Shown here: in pieces, positions 22,945 to 32,000 of the stretch | How positions within the stretch are numbered: the stretch's first letter is position 1 | Layout of the letters: every line of letters begins with the position of its first letter | Origin: Mycobacterium tuberculosis H37Rv | GTDB lineage: Bacteria; Actinomycetota; Actinomycetes; Mycobacteriales; Mycobacteriaceae | DNA: 32,000 nt | Assembly: GCF_000195955.2 (NCBI RefSeq) | Contig: NC_000962.3 | Coordinates: 3,480,001-3,512,000 of the forward strand | Reading direction: 5' to 3' | Notes under the pieces: model-generated | Databases searched by the model: none | What the model was told of the DNA's origin: nothing | The model's input: the letters and a program-made list of their open reading frames with translations, nothing else | Position numbers and translations under genes: made by a program

Positions 22945-23277
22945 CTAACCGACAGGCGGCCCGTTGGGCGTAAACGTCCAATTGTCAGGATTCTTCGGCG
23001 AGTACACCACCGGAAGTATTTGACCGACGGTCGGCCACTGGTCGACGTCGACGGCCATGCGCTGATACACGGCGTACTCATTGACCGTGGGCCCAGTGAT
23101 GATCCCGGCGATGGTGACATACTGCTGGCCGCCTGCGTCCGGTCGCGGGCTGACTCCGGTCACCAGGAGCGTGCCGCTGGCCAGATCTCCCCGCGGGCCG
23201 CGCGGGATAAGCCGCGGAGCAAGAAATACCGCTAGGACCGCGATCAGTATGAGTAGCACGCCAAACTCCCATCCCAC
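22945..23277 (-). CDS. Small membrane-anchored hypothetical protein (Rv3136A-like)
   Basis: 110-aa ORF with N-terminal hydrophobic segment GVLLILIAVLAVFLAP, convergent with PPE51. Confidence 0.75.
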   Translation of the reverse strand: MGWEFGVLLILIAVLAVFLAPRLIPRGPRGDLASGTLLVTGVSPRPDAGGQQYVTIAGIITGPTVNEYAVYQRMAVDVDQWPTVGQILPVVYSPKNPDNWTFTPNGPPVG

Positions 23278-23392
23278 CCGGCCATGGTAGGACTGCTGGC
23301 ATGAGCCGTTATTACGCCGAGCGTGAACTCAGTGCAAGAACGCACGCGAAAAATCGCACTGGGTACACGCTCGGCGAAAGGATGGTGCACCA

Positions 23393-24175
23393 GTGAGCCA
23401 CGACGATCTAATGCTTGCGCTGGCTCTGGCCGACCGTGCGGACGAATTGACGCGGGTCCGGTTCGGGGCGCTCGATCTGCGCATCGACACCAAACCGGAT
23501 TTGACGCCGGTGACCGACGCCGATCGGGCGGTCGAATCCGACGTGCGCCAGACGCTGGGCCGCGACCGGCCCGGCGACGGCGTCTTGGGCGAGGAGTTCG
23601 GCGGATCAACGACCTTCACCGGACGGCAGTGGATCGTAGACCCGATCGACGGCACCAAAAACTTTGTGCGCGGGGTGCCGGTGTGGGCCAGTTTGATCGC
23701 GCTGCTTGAAGATGGCGTCCCGTCGGTCGGTGTGGTGAGTGCGCCGGCGCTGCAACGGCGGTGGTGGGCGGCACGCGGCCGGGGCGCGTTCGCATCCGTC
23801 GATGGTGCGCGTCCACACCGGCTGTCGGTTTCCTCTGTGGCAGAGCTGCATTCGGCGAGCTTGTCGTTTTCCAGTCTGTCCGGGTGGGCGCGGCCGGGTC
23901 TACGTGAACGCTTCATCGGGTTGACCGATACCGTGTGGCGCGTGCGTGCTTACGGCGACTTTCTGTCTTACTGCCTGGTGGCCGAGGGCGCCGTCGATAT
24001 TGCCGCCGAACCGCAAGTGTCGGTATGGGATCTGGCGGCACTGGACATCGTGGTGCGTGAGGCGGGCGGGCGGCTCACCAGCCTGGACGGCGTCGCCGGC
24101 CCACACGGGGGCAGCGCCGTTGCAACCAACGGTCTGTTGCACGACGAGGTGCTGACACGGCTCAACGCCGGGTAA
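23393..24175 (+). CDS. Inositol-monophosphatase-family phosphatase (HisN/IMPase-like; Rv3137-like)
   Basis: Signature blocks [25 protein letters not shown], and [16 protein letters not shown]. Confidence 0.92.
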   Translation: MSHDDLMLALALADRADELTRVRFGALDLRIDTKPDLTPVTDADRAVESDVRQTLGRDRPGDGVLGEEFGGSTTFTGRQWIVDPIDGTKNFVRGVPVWASLIALLEDGVPSVGVVSAPALQRRWWAARGRGAFASVDGARPHRLSVSSVAELHSASLSFSSLSGWARPGLRERFIGLTDTVWRVRAYGDFLSYCLVAEGAVDIAAEPQVSVWDLAALDIVVREAGGRLTSLDGVAGPHGGSAVATNGLLHDEVLTRLNAG

Positions 24176-24194
24176 CCTGGCGCTCGAGAGCGCC

Positions 24195-25283
24195 ATGAGC
24201 GACCCGTTCACCATCGCAACCAAACACTGGCACCGACTGCACGACAGCCGGATCCAGTGCGATGTATGTCCACGCGCATGCAAACTTCACGAGGGACAGC
24301 GTGGCCTGTGTTTCGTCCGCGGCCGATTTGACGATCAAGTGAAGCTCACCAGCTACGGACGCTCTAGCGGATTCTGTGTCGATCCGATCGAGAAAAAGCC
24401 GCTCAACCACTTCTTGCCAGGTTCGGCGACGCTGTCTTTCGGCACCGCCGGGTGCAACCTGGCGTGCAAGTTCTGCCAGAACTGGGATATCTCCAAGTCC
24501 CGCGAGATCGACGTCCTGGCCAGTCGGGCGGCCCCGGCCGACATCGCCCGGACCGCACACGAATTGGGTTGCCGCAGCGTGGCATTCACCTACAACGACC
24601 CAACGATCTTCTGGGAGTATGCCGCCGATGTAGCCGACGCCTGCCACGACCAGGGAATCAAAGCCGTCGCGGTGACGGCCGGGTACATGTGTCCTGAGCC
24701 CCGCGCGGAATTCTACCGGCGTGTCGACGCCGCCAACGTCGACCTAAAGGCATTCACCGAAGACTTTTATCGCAAGGTTTGCGTCAGTCACCTGCGCAAC
24801 GTCCTGGACACCCTGGCCTACCTGCGGCACCAGACGAATGTGTGGTTGGAGATCACCACCCTGCTGATTCCCGGACGTAACGACAGCGACGCGGAAGTCG
24901 CTGCCGAATGCAGATGGATCCGCGAAAACCTGGGCGTCGACGTGCCGGTGCATTTCACCGCGTTCCATCCCGACTACAAGATGATGGACACCCCGGCTAC
25001 ACCAACCGCCACATTGACCCGAGCCCGCGAGATCGGCATTGGCGAAGGCCTGCGCTTCGTCTACACCGGAAACGTTCACGATGCCGTGGGTGGCAGCACC
25101 TCGTGCCCAGGCTGCCGGGCAACGGTGATCGTTCGCGACTGGTATTCGATACGACATTACGCCCTCACCGAGGACGGCCGCTGCCAAGCATGCGGCTATC
25201 AGATGCCTGGCGTGTACGACGGACCGGCCGGACACTGGGGCCAGCGCCGGCTGCCCTTGCTGACCAGCTTGTCCCGGATGTGA
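24195..25283 (+). CDS. pflA: Radical-SAM protein annotated as pyruvate formate-lyase activating enzyme
   Basis: Radical-SAM CxxxCxxC in TAGCNLACKFCQNWDISKSRE; extra cysteines near the N terminus (CDVCPRACKL) and C terminus (CPGC, CQAC). Confidence 0.9.
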   Translation: MSDPFTIATKHWHRLHDSRIQCDVCPRACKLHEGQRGLCFVRGRFDDQVKLTSYGRSSGFCVDPIEKKPLNHFLPGSATLSFGTAGCNLACKFCQNWDISKSREIDVLASRAAPADIARTAHELGCRSVAFTYNDPTIFWEYAADVADACHDQGIKAVAVTAGYMCPEPRAEFYRRVDAANVDLKAFTEDFYRKVCVSHLRNVLDTLAYLRHQTNVWLEITTLLIPGRNDSDAEVAAECRWIRENLGVDVPVHFTAFHPDYKMMDTPATPTATLTRAREIGIGEGLRFVYTGNVHDAVGGSTSCPGCRATVIVRDWYSIRHYALTEDGRCQACGYQMPGVYDGPAGHWGQRRLPLLTSLSRM

Positions 25284-25299
25284 ACAACTTAACAAGCAC

Positions 25300-25327
25300 C
25301 CCTATCTTACTCCGGAGTAAGATAGGG
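25300..25327. promoter_or_regulatory. 28-bp perfect palindrome, candidate operator
   Basis: CCCTATCTTACTCCGGAGTAAGATAGGG equals its own reverse complement; 35 bp separate it from the fadE24 ATG at 25363. Confidence 0.65.
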
Positions 25328-25362
25328 TGGTCCGCTATCACCCCGATGACCGAGGCTGCCGT

Positions 25363-26769
25363 ATGACCAACACCACCTCTGCTGCAAATGCTGCAAAACC
25401 CTCCGGCGCACGCACCGATAGACGCGGCCGCACGACCGGTGTCGGCCTGGCGCCCCACAAACGGACCGGCATCGACGTCGCACTGGCGCTGCTAACCCCG
25501 ATTGTCGGCCAGGAGTTCCTGGACAAATACCGCCTGCGCGATCCGCTGAACCGATCACTGCGCTACGGCGTGAAGACGATGTTTGCCACTGCCGGCGCCG
25601 CCACCCGTCAGTTCCAGCGGGTGCAAGGCCTGCGGGGCGGACCGACCCGGCTGAAGTCCAGCGGCCGAGACTACTTCGATCTGACGCCCGATGACGACCA
25701 GAAGCTGATCATCGAGACCGTCGACGAATTCGCCGAAGAGGTACTGCGACCCGCCGCGCACGACGCCGACGACGCCGCGACCTACCCGTCCGACTTGACC
25801 GCCAAGGCCGCCGAGCTGGGCATTACCGCGATCAACATCCCCGAGGACTTCGACGGTATCGCCGAACACCGCTCCAGCGTCACCAACGTGCTGGTGGCTG
25901 AGGCACTGGCGTATGGCGACATGGGCCTGGCACTGCCGATCCTGGCGCCTGGCGGGGTGGCGTCCGCGCTCACCCATTGGGGCAGCGCCGATCAGCAGGC
26001 CACCTATCTCAAAGAGTTCGCCGGCGAGAACGTTCCGCAGGCCTGCGTGGCCATCACCGAACCGCAGCCACTATTCGATCCCACCCGGCTGAAGACCACC
26101 GCGGTGCGCACCCCGTCCGGTTACCGGCTCGACGGCGTGAAGTCGTTGATCCCGGCCGCCGCCGACGCCGAGCTGTTTATTGTCGGCGCGCAGCTGGGCG
26201 GCAAGCCCGCACTGTTCATTGTCGAGTCCGCGGCCAGCGGCCTGACCGTCAAGGCGGATCCGAGCATGGGGATTCGCGGCGCGGCGTTGGGCCAGGTCGA
26301 ACTCTGCGGGGTGTCGGTCCCGCTTAACGCCCGGCTGGGCGAGGACGAAGCCAGCGACAACGACTATTCCGAGGCGCTTGCGCTGGCCCGGTTGGGTTGG
26401 GCGGCGCTGGCGGTCGGTACCTCTCACGCCGTGCTCGACTACGTCGTCCCGTATGTGAAACAACGCCAGGCTTTCGGCGAGCCGATCGCTCATCGCCAAG
26501 CGGTGGCGTTCATGTGCGCCAACATCGCGATCGAGCTCGACGGCCTGCGCCTGATCACCTGGCGCGGGGCGTCCCGTGCCGAGCAGGGTCTGCCGTTCGC
26601 AAGGGAAGCGGCGCTAGCCAAGCGGCTTGGCTCCGACAAGGGCATGCAGATCGGCCTGGACGGGGTGCAACTGCTGGGCGGCCACGGCTACACCAAGGAG
26701 CATCCGGTTGAGCGCTGGTACCGCGACCTGCGAGCCATCGGCGTCGCCGAGGGCGTTGTTGTCATCTAG
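25363..26769 (+). CDS. fadE24: Acyl-CoA dehydrogenase
   Basis: 468-aa protein from ATG 25363; ACAD blocks CVAITEPQ, LGTSHAVLDYVVPYVKQRQAFGEPIAHRQAVAF, QLLGGHGYTKEHPVERWYRDLRAIGVAEG. Confidence 0.95.
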   Translation: MTNTTSAANAAKPSGARTDRRGRTTGVGLAPHKRTGIDVALALLTPIVGQEFLDKYRLRDPLNRSLRYGVKTMFATAGAATRQFQRVQGLRGGPTRLKSSGRDYFDLTPDDDQKLIIETVDEFAEEVLRPAAHDADDAATYPSDLTAKAAELGITAINIPEDFDGIAEHRSSVTNVLVAEALAYGDMGLALPILAPGGVASALTHWGSADQQATYLKEFAGENVPQACVAITEPQPLFDPTRLKTTAVRTPSGYRLDGVKSLIPAAADAELFIVGAQLGGKPALFIVESAASGLTVKADPSMGIRGAALGQVELCGVSVPLNARLGEDEASDNDYSEALALARLGWAALAVGTSHAVLDYVVPYVKQRQAFGEPIAHRQAVAFMCANIAIELDGLRLITWRGASRAEQGLPFAREAALAKRLGSDKGMQIGLDGVQLLGGHGYTKEHPVERWYRDLRAIGVAEGVVVI

Positions 26770-26789
26770 AACGAGCTGAAAGATCAATC

Positions 26790-27995
26790 ATGGCAATAAA
26801 TCTGGAACTGCCGCGCAAGCTGCAGGCGATCATCGTCAAGACCCATCAGGGCGCTGCGGAGATGATGCGGCCGATAGCCCGCAAGTACGACCTGAAGGAA
26901 CATGCCTACCCGGTCGAACTCGACACCCTGATCAATTTGTTCGAGGGCGCCGCCGAATCGTTCAACTTTGCCGGAGCCCATTCGCTTCGCGACGAGGACG
27001 AAGGCAAGGACGAAAACCACAACGGTGCCAACATGGCCGCCGTGGTACAGACGATGGAGGCCAGCTGGGGCGACGTCGCGATGATGCTGTCGCTGCCCTA
27101 TCAGGGGCTGGGTAACGCAGCCATCTCCGCGGTAGCCACCGACGAGCAGCTGGAGCGGCTGGGCAAAGTGTGGGCAGCGATGGCCATCACCGAACCGGAA
27201 TTCGGATCGGACTCGGCGGCAGTGTCGACGACCGCCACCCTCGACGGCGACGAGTACGTGATCAACGGCGAGAAGATCTTTGTCACCGCCGGTTCCCGCG
27301 CCACCCACATCGTGGTCTGGGCCACGCTGGACAAATCCTTGGGCCGCCCGGCGATTAAGTCGTTCATCGTGCCCCGTGAGCATCCCGGCGTGACCGTCGA
27401 ACGACTTGAACACAAACTCGGCATCAAGGGTTCTGATACTGCGGTGATCCGGTTCGACAACGCCCGTATCCCCAAGGGCAACCTACTTGGGAACCCGGAA
27501 ATCGAGGTCGGCAAGGGCTTTGCCGGGGTGATGGAGACCTTCGACAACACCCGGCCGATTGTGGCCGCCATGGCCGTCGGGATCGGCCGTGCCGCACTGG
27601 AGGAAATCCGTAGTGTCCTCACCGGGGCCGGCGTGGAGATCTCCTACGACAAGCCCTCACACACCCAGAGCGCCGCGGCCGCCGAGTTCCTGCGGATGGA
27701 GGCCGACTGGGAGGCCAGCTACCTACTGTCCCTGCGCGCAGCCTGGCAGGCCGACAACAACATCCCCAACTCCAAAGAAGCCTCGATGAGCAAGGCCAAG
27801 GCGGGCCGGATGGCCAGCGACGTCACCTGCAAAACCGTCGAATTGGCAGGAACTACCGGGTATTCCGAGCAATCACTGCTGGAGAAGTGGGCCCGCGACT
27901 CCAAGATCCTGGACATCTTCGAGGGCACCCAGCAGATCCAGCAGCTGGTGGTCGCACGCCGACTGTTGGGCCTGTCGTCGTCCGAGCTCAAATAG
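26790..27995 (+). CDS. fadE23: Acyl-CoA dehydrogenase
   Basis: 401-aa protein; AITEPEFGSD, NGEKIFVTAG, GIKGSDTAVIRFDNARIPKGNLLG, IFEGTQQIQQLVVARRLLG. Confidence 0.95.
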   Translation: MAINLELPRKLQAIIVKTHQGAAEMMRPIARKYDLKEHAYPVELDTLINLFEGAAESFNFAGAHSLRDEDEGKDENHNGANMAAVVQTMEASWGDVAMMLSLPYQGLGNAAISAVATDEQLERLGKVWAAMAITEPEFGSDSAAVSTTATLDGDEYVINGEKIFVTAGSRATHIVVWATLDKSLGRPAIKSFIVPREHPGVTVERLEHKLGIKGSDTAVIRFDNARIPKGNLLGNPEIEVGKGFAGVMETFDNTRPIVAAMAVGIGRAALEEIRSVLTGAGVEISYDKPSHTQSAAAAEFLRMEADWEASYLLSLRAAWQADNNIPNSKEASMSKAKAGRMASDVTCKTVELAGTTGYSEQSLLEKWARDSKILDIFEGTQQIQQLVVARRLLGLSSSELK

Positions 27996-28003
27996 CCTCG
28001 GCG

Positions 28004-28057
28004 AGCAGACGTCAAAGCCCCCGAATTTCAGTGAAATCGGGGGCTTTTGCGTCTGCT
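28004..28057. terminator. Strong, extended hairpin terminator downstream of fadE23
   Basis: Core AAAGCCCCCGAATTTCAGTGAAATCGGGGGCTTT followed by T, with outer arms AGCAGACG and CGTCTGCT. Confidence 0.85.
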
Positions 28058-28094
28058 GGCGCCCGTCTGCACCCCCGCCAGTAGGCTGGTCGGC

Positions 28095-29066
28095 ATGCGC
28101 GCGGTACGGGTGACTCGGCTGGAGGGACCAGATGCGGTCGAGGTGGCCGAGGTCGAGGAACCCACGAGCGCCGGTGTGGTCATCGAGGTGCACGCTGCCG
28201 GCGTGGCCTTCCCGGACGCACTGCTAACCCGTGGCCGTTACCAGTACCGCCCGGAGCCGCCATTCGTGCTCGGCGCCGAGATCGCCGGAGTGGTTCGATC
28301 GGCGCCGGATAACAGCCAAGTGCGTTCCGGAGACAGGGTTGTCGGCCTCACGATGCTCACCGGCGGCATGGCCGAAGTCGCGGTATTGTCGCCCGAGCGC
28401 GTGTTCAAGCTGCCGGACAACATGACTTTCGAGGCGGGCGCGGGCGTGCTGTTCAACGACCTGACGGTGTACTTCGCGCTGGCGGTCCGGGGCCGGCTGC
28501 AGGCCGGTGAGACGGTGCTGGTGCACGGGGCGGCAGGCGGGATCGGCACATCGACGTTGCGACTAGCGCCGGCGCTCGGGGCGTCTCGCACCGTCGCGGT
28601 GGTCAGCACGCAGGAGAAGGCCGAGCTTGCGACAGTGGCCGGGGCGACAGATGTGGTGTTGGCCGAGGGGTTCAAGGACGCGGTACAGGAGCTGACGAAC
28701 GGCCGTGGTGTCGACATCGTCGTAGACCCGGTCGGCGGCGACCGGTTCACCGATTCGCTGCGCTCGCTTGCTGCGGGAGGACGGCTGTTGGTCATCGGCT
28801 TCACTGGCGGCGAGATTCCCACCGTGAAGGTAAACCGCCTTCTGCTCAACAACATTGACGTTGTCGGGGTAGGCTGGGGCGCCTGGTCGCTGACCCACCC
28901 CGATGCGCTGGCCCAGCAGTGGTCACAACTCGAGCGGCTGCTACGCTCGGGCAAGCTGCCTCCTCCCGAACCAGTGGTCTACCCACTGGACCAAGCCGCT
29001 GCGGCGATTGCATCGCTGGAGAATCGCACCGCCAAGGGGAAGGTCGTACTACGCGTGCGCGACTAA
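28095..29066 (+). CDS. fadB4: Zinc-free medium-chain alcohol dehydrogenase / quinone oxidoreductase-like protein
   Basis: MRAVRVTRLEGPDAVEVAEVEEPTSAGVVIEVHAAGVAFPDALLTRGRYQ..., nucleotide-binding VHGAAGGIGTS. Confidence 0.92.
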   Translation: MRAVRVTRLEGPDAVEVAEVEEPTSAGVVIEVHAAGVAFPDALLTRGRYQYRPEPPFVLGAEIAGVVRSAPDNSQVRSGDRVVGLTMLTGGMAEVAVLSPERVFKLPDNMTFEAGAGVLFNDLTVYFALAVRGRLQAGETVLVHGAAGGIGTSTLRLAPALGASRTVAVVSTQEKAELATVAGATDVVLAEGFKDAVQELTNGRGVDIVVDPVGGDRFTDSLRSLAAGGRLLVIGFTGGEIPTVKVNRLLLNNIDVVGVGWGAWSLTHPDALAQQWSQLERLLRSGKLPPPEPVVYPLDQAAAAIASLENRTAKGKVVLRVRD

Positions 29067-29117
29067 CGCCCCTCCCGGGACGCGTCGCCGGCGTGCTCTG
29101 GCCAATTTGCCGCTTCC

Positions 29118-29546
29118 TCACTGGTCGCCGTTGGCGTCGGCTACGTCATGCCGCACAACTCGCAGCTTGCCTGGCGCCAGGCACGCGGCGTATCCGTGGT
29201 ATTTGCCATACAGTTCCCATGCGGTGACGCGATCATCGGGGTGCACGTCGATCTGATGACCGTCGGAGAACTCAAGATGGAGATCTCCGGTGTCATACCA
29301 GACGAAAGCTGTGCAGGTTGCCCCGGCGAAATCGAAGAGCGGACGCTCGTGGTCGGCTGGGTCGTTTGGGTCGATGGCGACCACTTCTGCGGGCGAGGTT
29401 TCGATGGCCGGCAGAGTCAGCTGTAGTGGTACCGAGATGACCAGCTCGTTGTAATCGTCGAAGTTCAGCACCAGACCGTCGCGGAACATAATCCGCTGAA
29501 CCGCACAGCCCTCTAACCACTGCTCGGTCATTTCCTGTTCGGTCAT
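29118..29546 (-). CDS. Conserved hypothetical protein (Rv3142c-like)
   Basis: 142-aa form starting MTEQEMTEQWLEGCAVQRIMFRDGLVLNFDDYNELVI...; the ORF is open to 29675. Confidence 0.8.
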   Translation of the reverse strand: MTEQEMTEQWLEGCAVQRIMFRDGLVLNFDDYNELVISVPLQLTLPAIETSPAEVVAIDPNDPADHERPLFDFAGATCTAFVWYDTGDLHLEFSDGHQIDVHPDDRVTAWELYGKYHGYAACLAPGKLRVVRHDVADANGDQ

Positions 29547-29653
29547 ATATTCACTCTGGCCTTGTTGTGCCCATATGTCACGTACACAACCGCCGAAATC
29601 TCGTGCGGGATTACACCCTAGGCGTCCGATGGACACCAGTACCATCTGACACC

Positions 29654-30055
29654 GTGCCCGACTCCAGCACCGCATTGCGGATCCTCGTCTACAGCGACAA
29701 CGTCCAGACCCGCGAACGGGTGATGCGGGCCCTGGGCAAACGGTTGCACCCGGATCTGCCCGATTTGACCTACGTCGAAGTGGCTACCGGTCCGATGGTG
29801 ATACGCCAGATGGATCGGGGGGGCATCGACTTGGCCATCCTCGACGGTGAGGCGACACCGACCGGAGGCATGGGAATCGCCAAACAGCTCAAAGACGAAC
29901 TTGCCAGTTGCCCGCCCATCCTGGTGCTCACCGGCCGTCCGGACGACACCTGGCTGGCCAGCTGGTCGCGGGCCGAGGCCGCAGTGCCGCATCCCGTCGA
30001 CCCCATCGTGCTGGGCCGCACGGTGCTCTCACTGTTGCGCGCACCCGCCCACTAA
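29654..30055 (+). CDS. Atypical stand-alone response-regulator receiver protein (Rv3143-like)
   Basis: 133-aa ORF from GTG 29654: STALRILVYSDNVQTRERVMRALG...IDLAILDGEATPTGGMGIAKQLKDE...PPILVLTGRPDD; no output domain. Confidence 0.82.
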   Translation: MPDSSTALRILVYSDNVQTRERVMRALGKRLHPDLPDLTYVEVATGPMVIRQMDRGGIDLAILDGEATPTGGMGIAKQLKDELASCPPILVLTGRPDDTWLASWSRAEAAVPHPVDPIVLGRTVLSLLRAPAH

Positions 30056-30087
30056 CCGGACGCGGCCGGCATTCGCGGCGCGAACGT

Positions 30088-31317
30088 TCAGCCGCCCCGC
30101 ATTTGAATCTTCGGGTCCTTTCTTACCCGAGGTCGTAATTGGCCCGCTGCCGCTTCCGGCCGCAACGACGGCGCTGTCTCCTCCGCCGCTGAAGTCTCTG
30201 AAGCCTGCTGACCTTGCGCGGTGCGTAGTGTCGATTCCGGAATTCCAGAACCCGCGGATTGGCCTACCCGCGTTGTCGACAGCGGAGCGGCCTTGGCCGC
30301 AACTTTCGGATCCACAGTTGGCAGCACCCCCATTGCTGGAACTTCAAGTTCTGGAACTTCCACAACGGCTTCCGGTGGCGCGGAAGCCGCCGGCTCTGGC
30401 GCTCGAGCTGACTCGGTGGCAGTTCCCGGGGCAGAGTTAGTGCCGCCACGTGCCATCTGACCCAGAGCGGCGAGCGCGAGCGGGGCACCGATGAAGCCGG
30501 GGCTCACAACGCCGGCATGGGCACTGGTAGCGCTCGACGCGACGACGTCTCCGGCGCCAACATCGCCACCGCCGAAATTCCCTTGGCCTACACTGCCATG
30601 GGCCGGATCACCGGCCGCTAACCCGGCGCTAGCCACGCCGCCTCCGACGTAGCCGACGCCCCCGCCGCTAGCGGTTGCACCTCCGGTGCCGACGCTCTCA
30701 CCGCCGCCGGTGCCGACGCTCTCGCCGCCAGTAGCGCCGGTGCCGACGCTCTCACCGCCAGTAGCGCCGGTGGCGCCGGCACCCAAACCCGGAAATCGCT
30801 GCAGCAAACTCGCCCACGGCACCACTTGCGCGGCAATCGCCGATGCCCCGGAGTAGTACCCCGACATGGCGGCCACATCCGCGGCCCACATCTCCTCGTA
30901 CACACCCTCGGCGGCAGCAATCAACGGCGCGTTCTGCCCGAACAAATTCGTCATCACCAGCTGCACGAATGCGTCGCGGTTGGCGGCCACCGCCGCCGGA
31001 AGCACCGTCGCCGCCTGCGCCGCCTCGAAGATGCTGGCCACTGCGCGCGCCTGTCCCGCCGCCCCGGCCGACTGAGCCGCTGCCGCGGTCAACCACCCCG
31101 CGTAGGGAGCCGCCGCTGCCGCCATCGCCAAGGCTGCCGGACCCTGCCACGCCTGACCCGCCAGCCCGGCCGTGACCGACGCAAATGATTGCGCCGCGGT
31201 CCCCAACTCTTCGGCAAGCCCGTCCCAGGCTGCCGCCGCCGCCAGCATCGGCGCAGTGCCTGCACCGATGAACATTCGCAAGGAATTGATCTCCGGCGGC
31301 AGCACGACGAAACTCAC
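30088..31317 (-). CDS. PPE52: PPE family protein PPE52
   Basis: [48 protein letters not shown]...; variable C-terminus with tandem [10 protein letters not shown] repeats. Confidence 0.94.
   Translation of the reverse strand: MSFVVLPPEINSLRMFIGAGTAPMLAAAAAWDGLAEELGTAAQSFASVTAGLAGQAWQGPAALAMAAAAAPYAGWLTAAAAQSAGAAGQARAVASIFEAAQAATVLPAAVAANRDAFVQLVMTNLFGQNAPLIAAAEGVYEEMWAADVAAMSGYYSGASAIAAQVVPWASLLQRFPGLGAGATGATGGESVGTGATGGESVGTGGGESVGTGGATASGGGVGYVGGGVASAGLAAGDPAHGSVGQGNFGGGDVGAGDVVASSATSAHAGVVSPGFIGAPLALAALGQMARGGTNSAPGTATESARAPEPAASAPPEAVVEVPELEVPAMGVLPTVDPKVAAKAAPLSTTRVGQSAGSGIPESTLRTAQGQQASETSAAEETAPSLRPEAAAGQLRPRVRKDPKIQMRGG
30686..30780. repeat. Imperfect tandem repeat (about 30-bp unit) within PPE52
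   Basis: Repeating GGTGCCGACGCTCTC(A/G)CCGCC(A/G)(G)TAGCGCC units encode [30 protein letters not shown] on the minus strand. Confidence 0.7.
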
Positions 31318-31681
31318 AGCTCCCGTCCTTCCGCTTCGCTGCTCGATGCCACGCCGACCTCAATACGGCCAACGATTAACCGGCAAATGCCGAGATTAAC
31401 AACAAATGCTGCGCTTATCAGGGGGTTAGACCAACATTCATACAATTCGCCGGGACGCGCAATCCCCAGTTTTGCTTCGCAGCGACCGACGCCGGACCCA
31501 GCCACGGGTTCTGCTTCGACTCGCACAGGTATGCACCAGCCTGACCCCGGGAATGTGGGGTGGCCGTTGCGCGACTATGTTGAAGGTCACTGTGACGGCC
31601 CGAAGCCCCGGTTCGTCACGGCAGCCCGGTCACCGCCCGGCCGCCGCGCTGGCGGCCCCGTACGACGGATCATGGAGCGAG

Positions 31682-32000
31682 TTGAACGTCTACATACCCA
31701 TCCTGGTACTGGCGGCGCTGGCCGCCGCCTTCGCCGTGGTGTCGGTGGTGATCGCGAGCCTGGTCGGCCCGTCGCGGTTCAACCGGTCAAAGCAGGCCGC
31801 CTACGAATGCGGGATCGAGCCCGCTAGCACTGGAGCCAGAACCTCCATTGGCCCCGGCGCGGCGAGCGGGCAGCGGTTCCCCATCAAGTACTACCTGACC
31901 GCGATGTTGTTCATCGTCTTCGACATCGAAATTGTGTTCCTCTACCCGTGGGCGGTCAGCTACGACTCGCTGGGCACGTTCGCGCTGGTCGAGATGGCGA
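31682..32000 (+). CDS. nuoA: NADH-quinone oxidoreductase subunit A, 5' part (runs off the window)
   Basis: Translation from TTG 31682: NVYIPILVLAALAAAFAVVSVVIASLVGPSRFNRSKQAAYECGIEP...FPIKYYLTAMLFIVFDIEIVFLYPWAV, typical NuoA. Confidence 0.94.
   Translation, partial: MNVYIPILVLAALAAAFAVVSVVIASLVGPSRFNRSKQAAYECGIEPASTGARTSIGPGAASGQRFPIKYYLTAMLFIVFDIEIVFLYPWAVSYDSLGTFALVEMA

Noticed and set aside
25300-25327. Palindrome as the pflA rho-independent terminator
   Set aside because: No unpaired loop and no following T-tract; not excluded, but an operator role fits better.
28238-28954. 238-aa minus-strand ORF opposite fadB4
   Set aside because: Serine/proline-rich antisense translation; fadB4 has clear homology on the plus strand.
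30686-30780. Possible CRISPR-like array
   Set aside because: Contiguous tandem repeat without unique spacers, inside a PPE coding frame; no cas genes in the window.

Overview
GC-rich mycobacterial chromosome. Gene order and protein content match the Mycobacterium tuberculosis complex interval from about Rv3113 to Rv3145 (nuoA); this identification is from memory of the locus, not a database search. Main blocks: (1) a HAD-like phosphatase and a deaminase-like gene; (2) an IS1081 copy with both terminal repeats visible; (3) an accessory molybdopterin/sulfur-transfer island (moeB2, cysA3, sseC1, moaE1, a methyltransferase, cyp141, the SARP-type regulator moaR1) carrying a decayed ISKra4-like transposase; (4) PPE49; (5) the DosR/DevR dormancy locus (two nitroreductase-like genes, a broken transposase, a PPOX-fold remnant, tgs1, devS, devR, a universal stress protein) with DosR-box-like palindromes; (6) PPE50/PPE51; (7) an IMPase-like phosphatase, a radical-SAM gene annotated pflA, fadE24, fadE23, fadB4; (8) a small hypothetical gene, an atypical receiver protein, PPE52 and the 5' part of nuoA. 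I found no CRISPR array, phage defence island or clearly undescribed multi-gene system. The best second-look items are: a 28-bp perfect palindrome upstream of fadE24; a shared insertion-sequence-end-like repeat flanking cyp141; the decayed ISKra4-like transposase in three frames with a hairpin at its 5' end; two in-frame amber stops in the Rv2807-like transposase and its candidate terminal inverted repeats; a frameshift that separates the Rv3129 N-terminus; a 13E12-like fragment inside the Rv3126c frame; inverted repeats outside IS1081; and an orphan AmmeMemoRadiSam-type radical-SAM protein.
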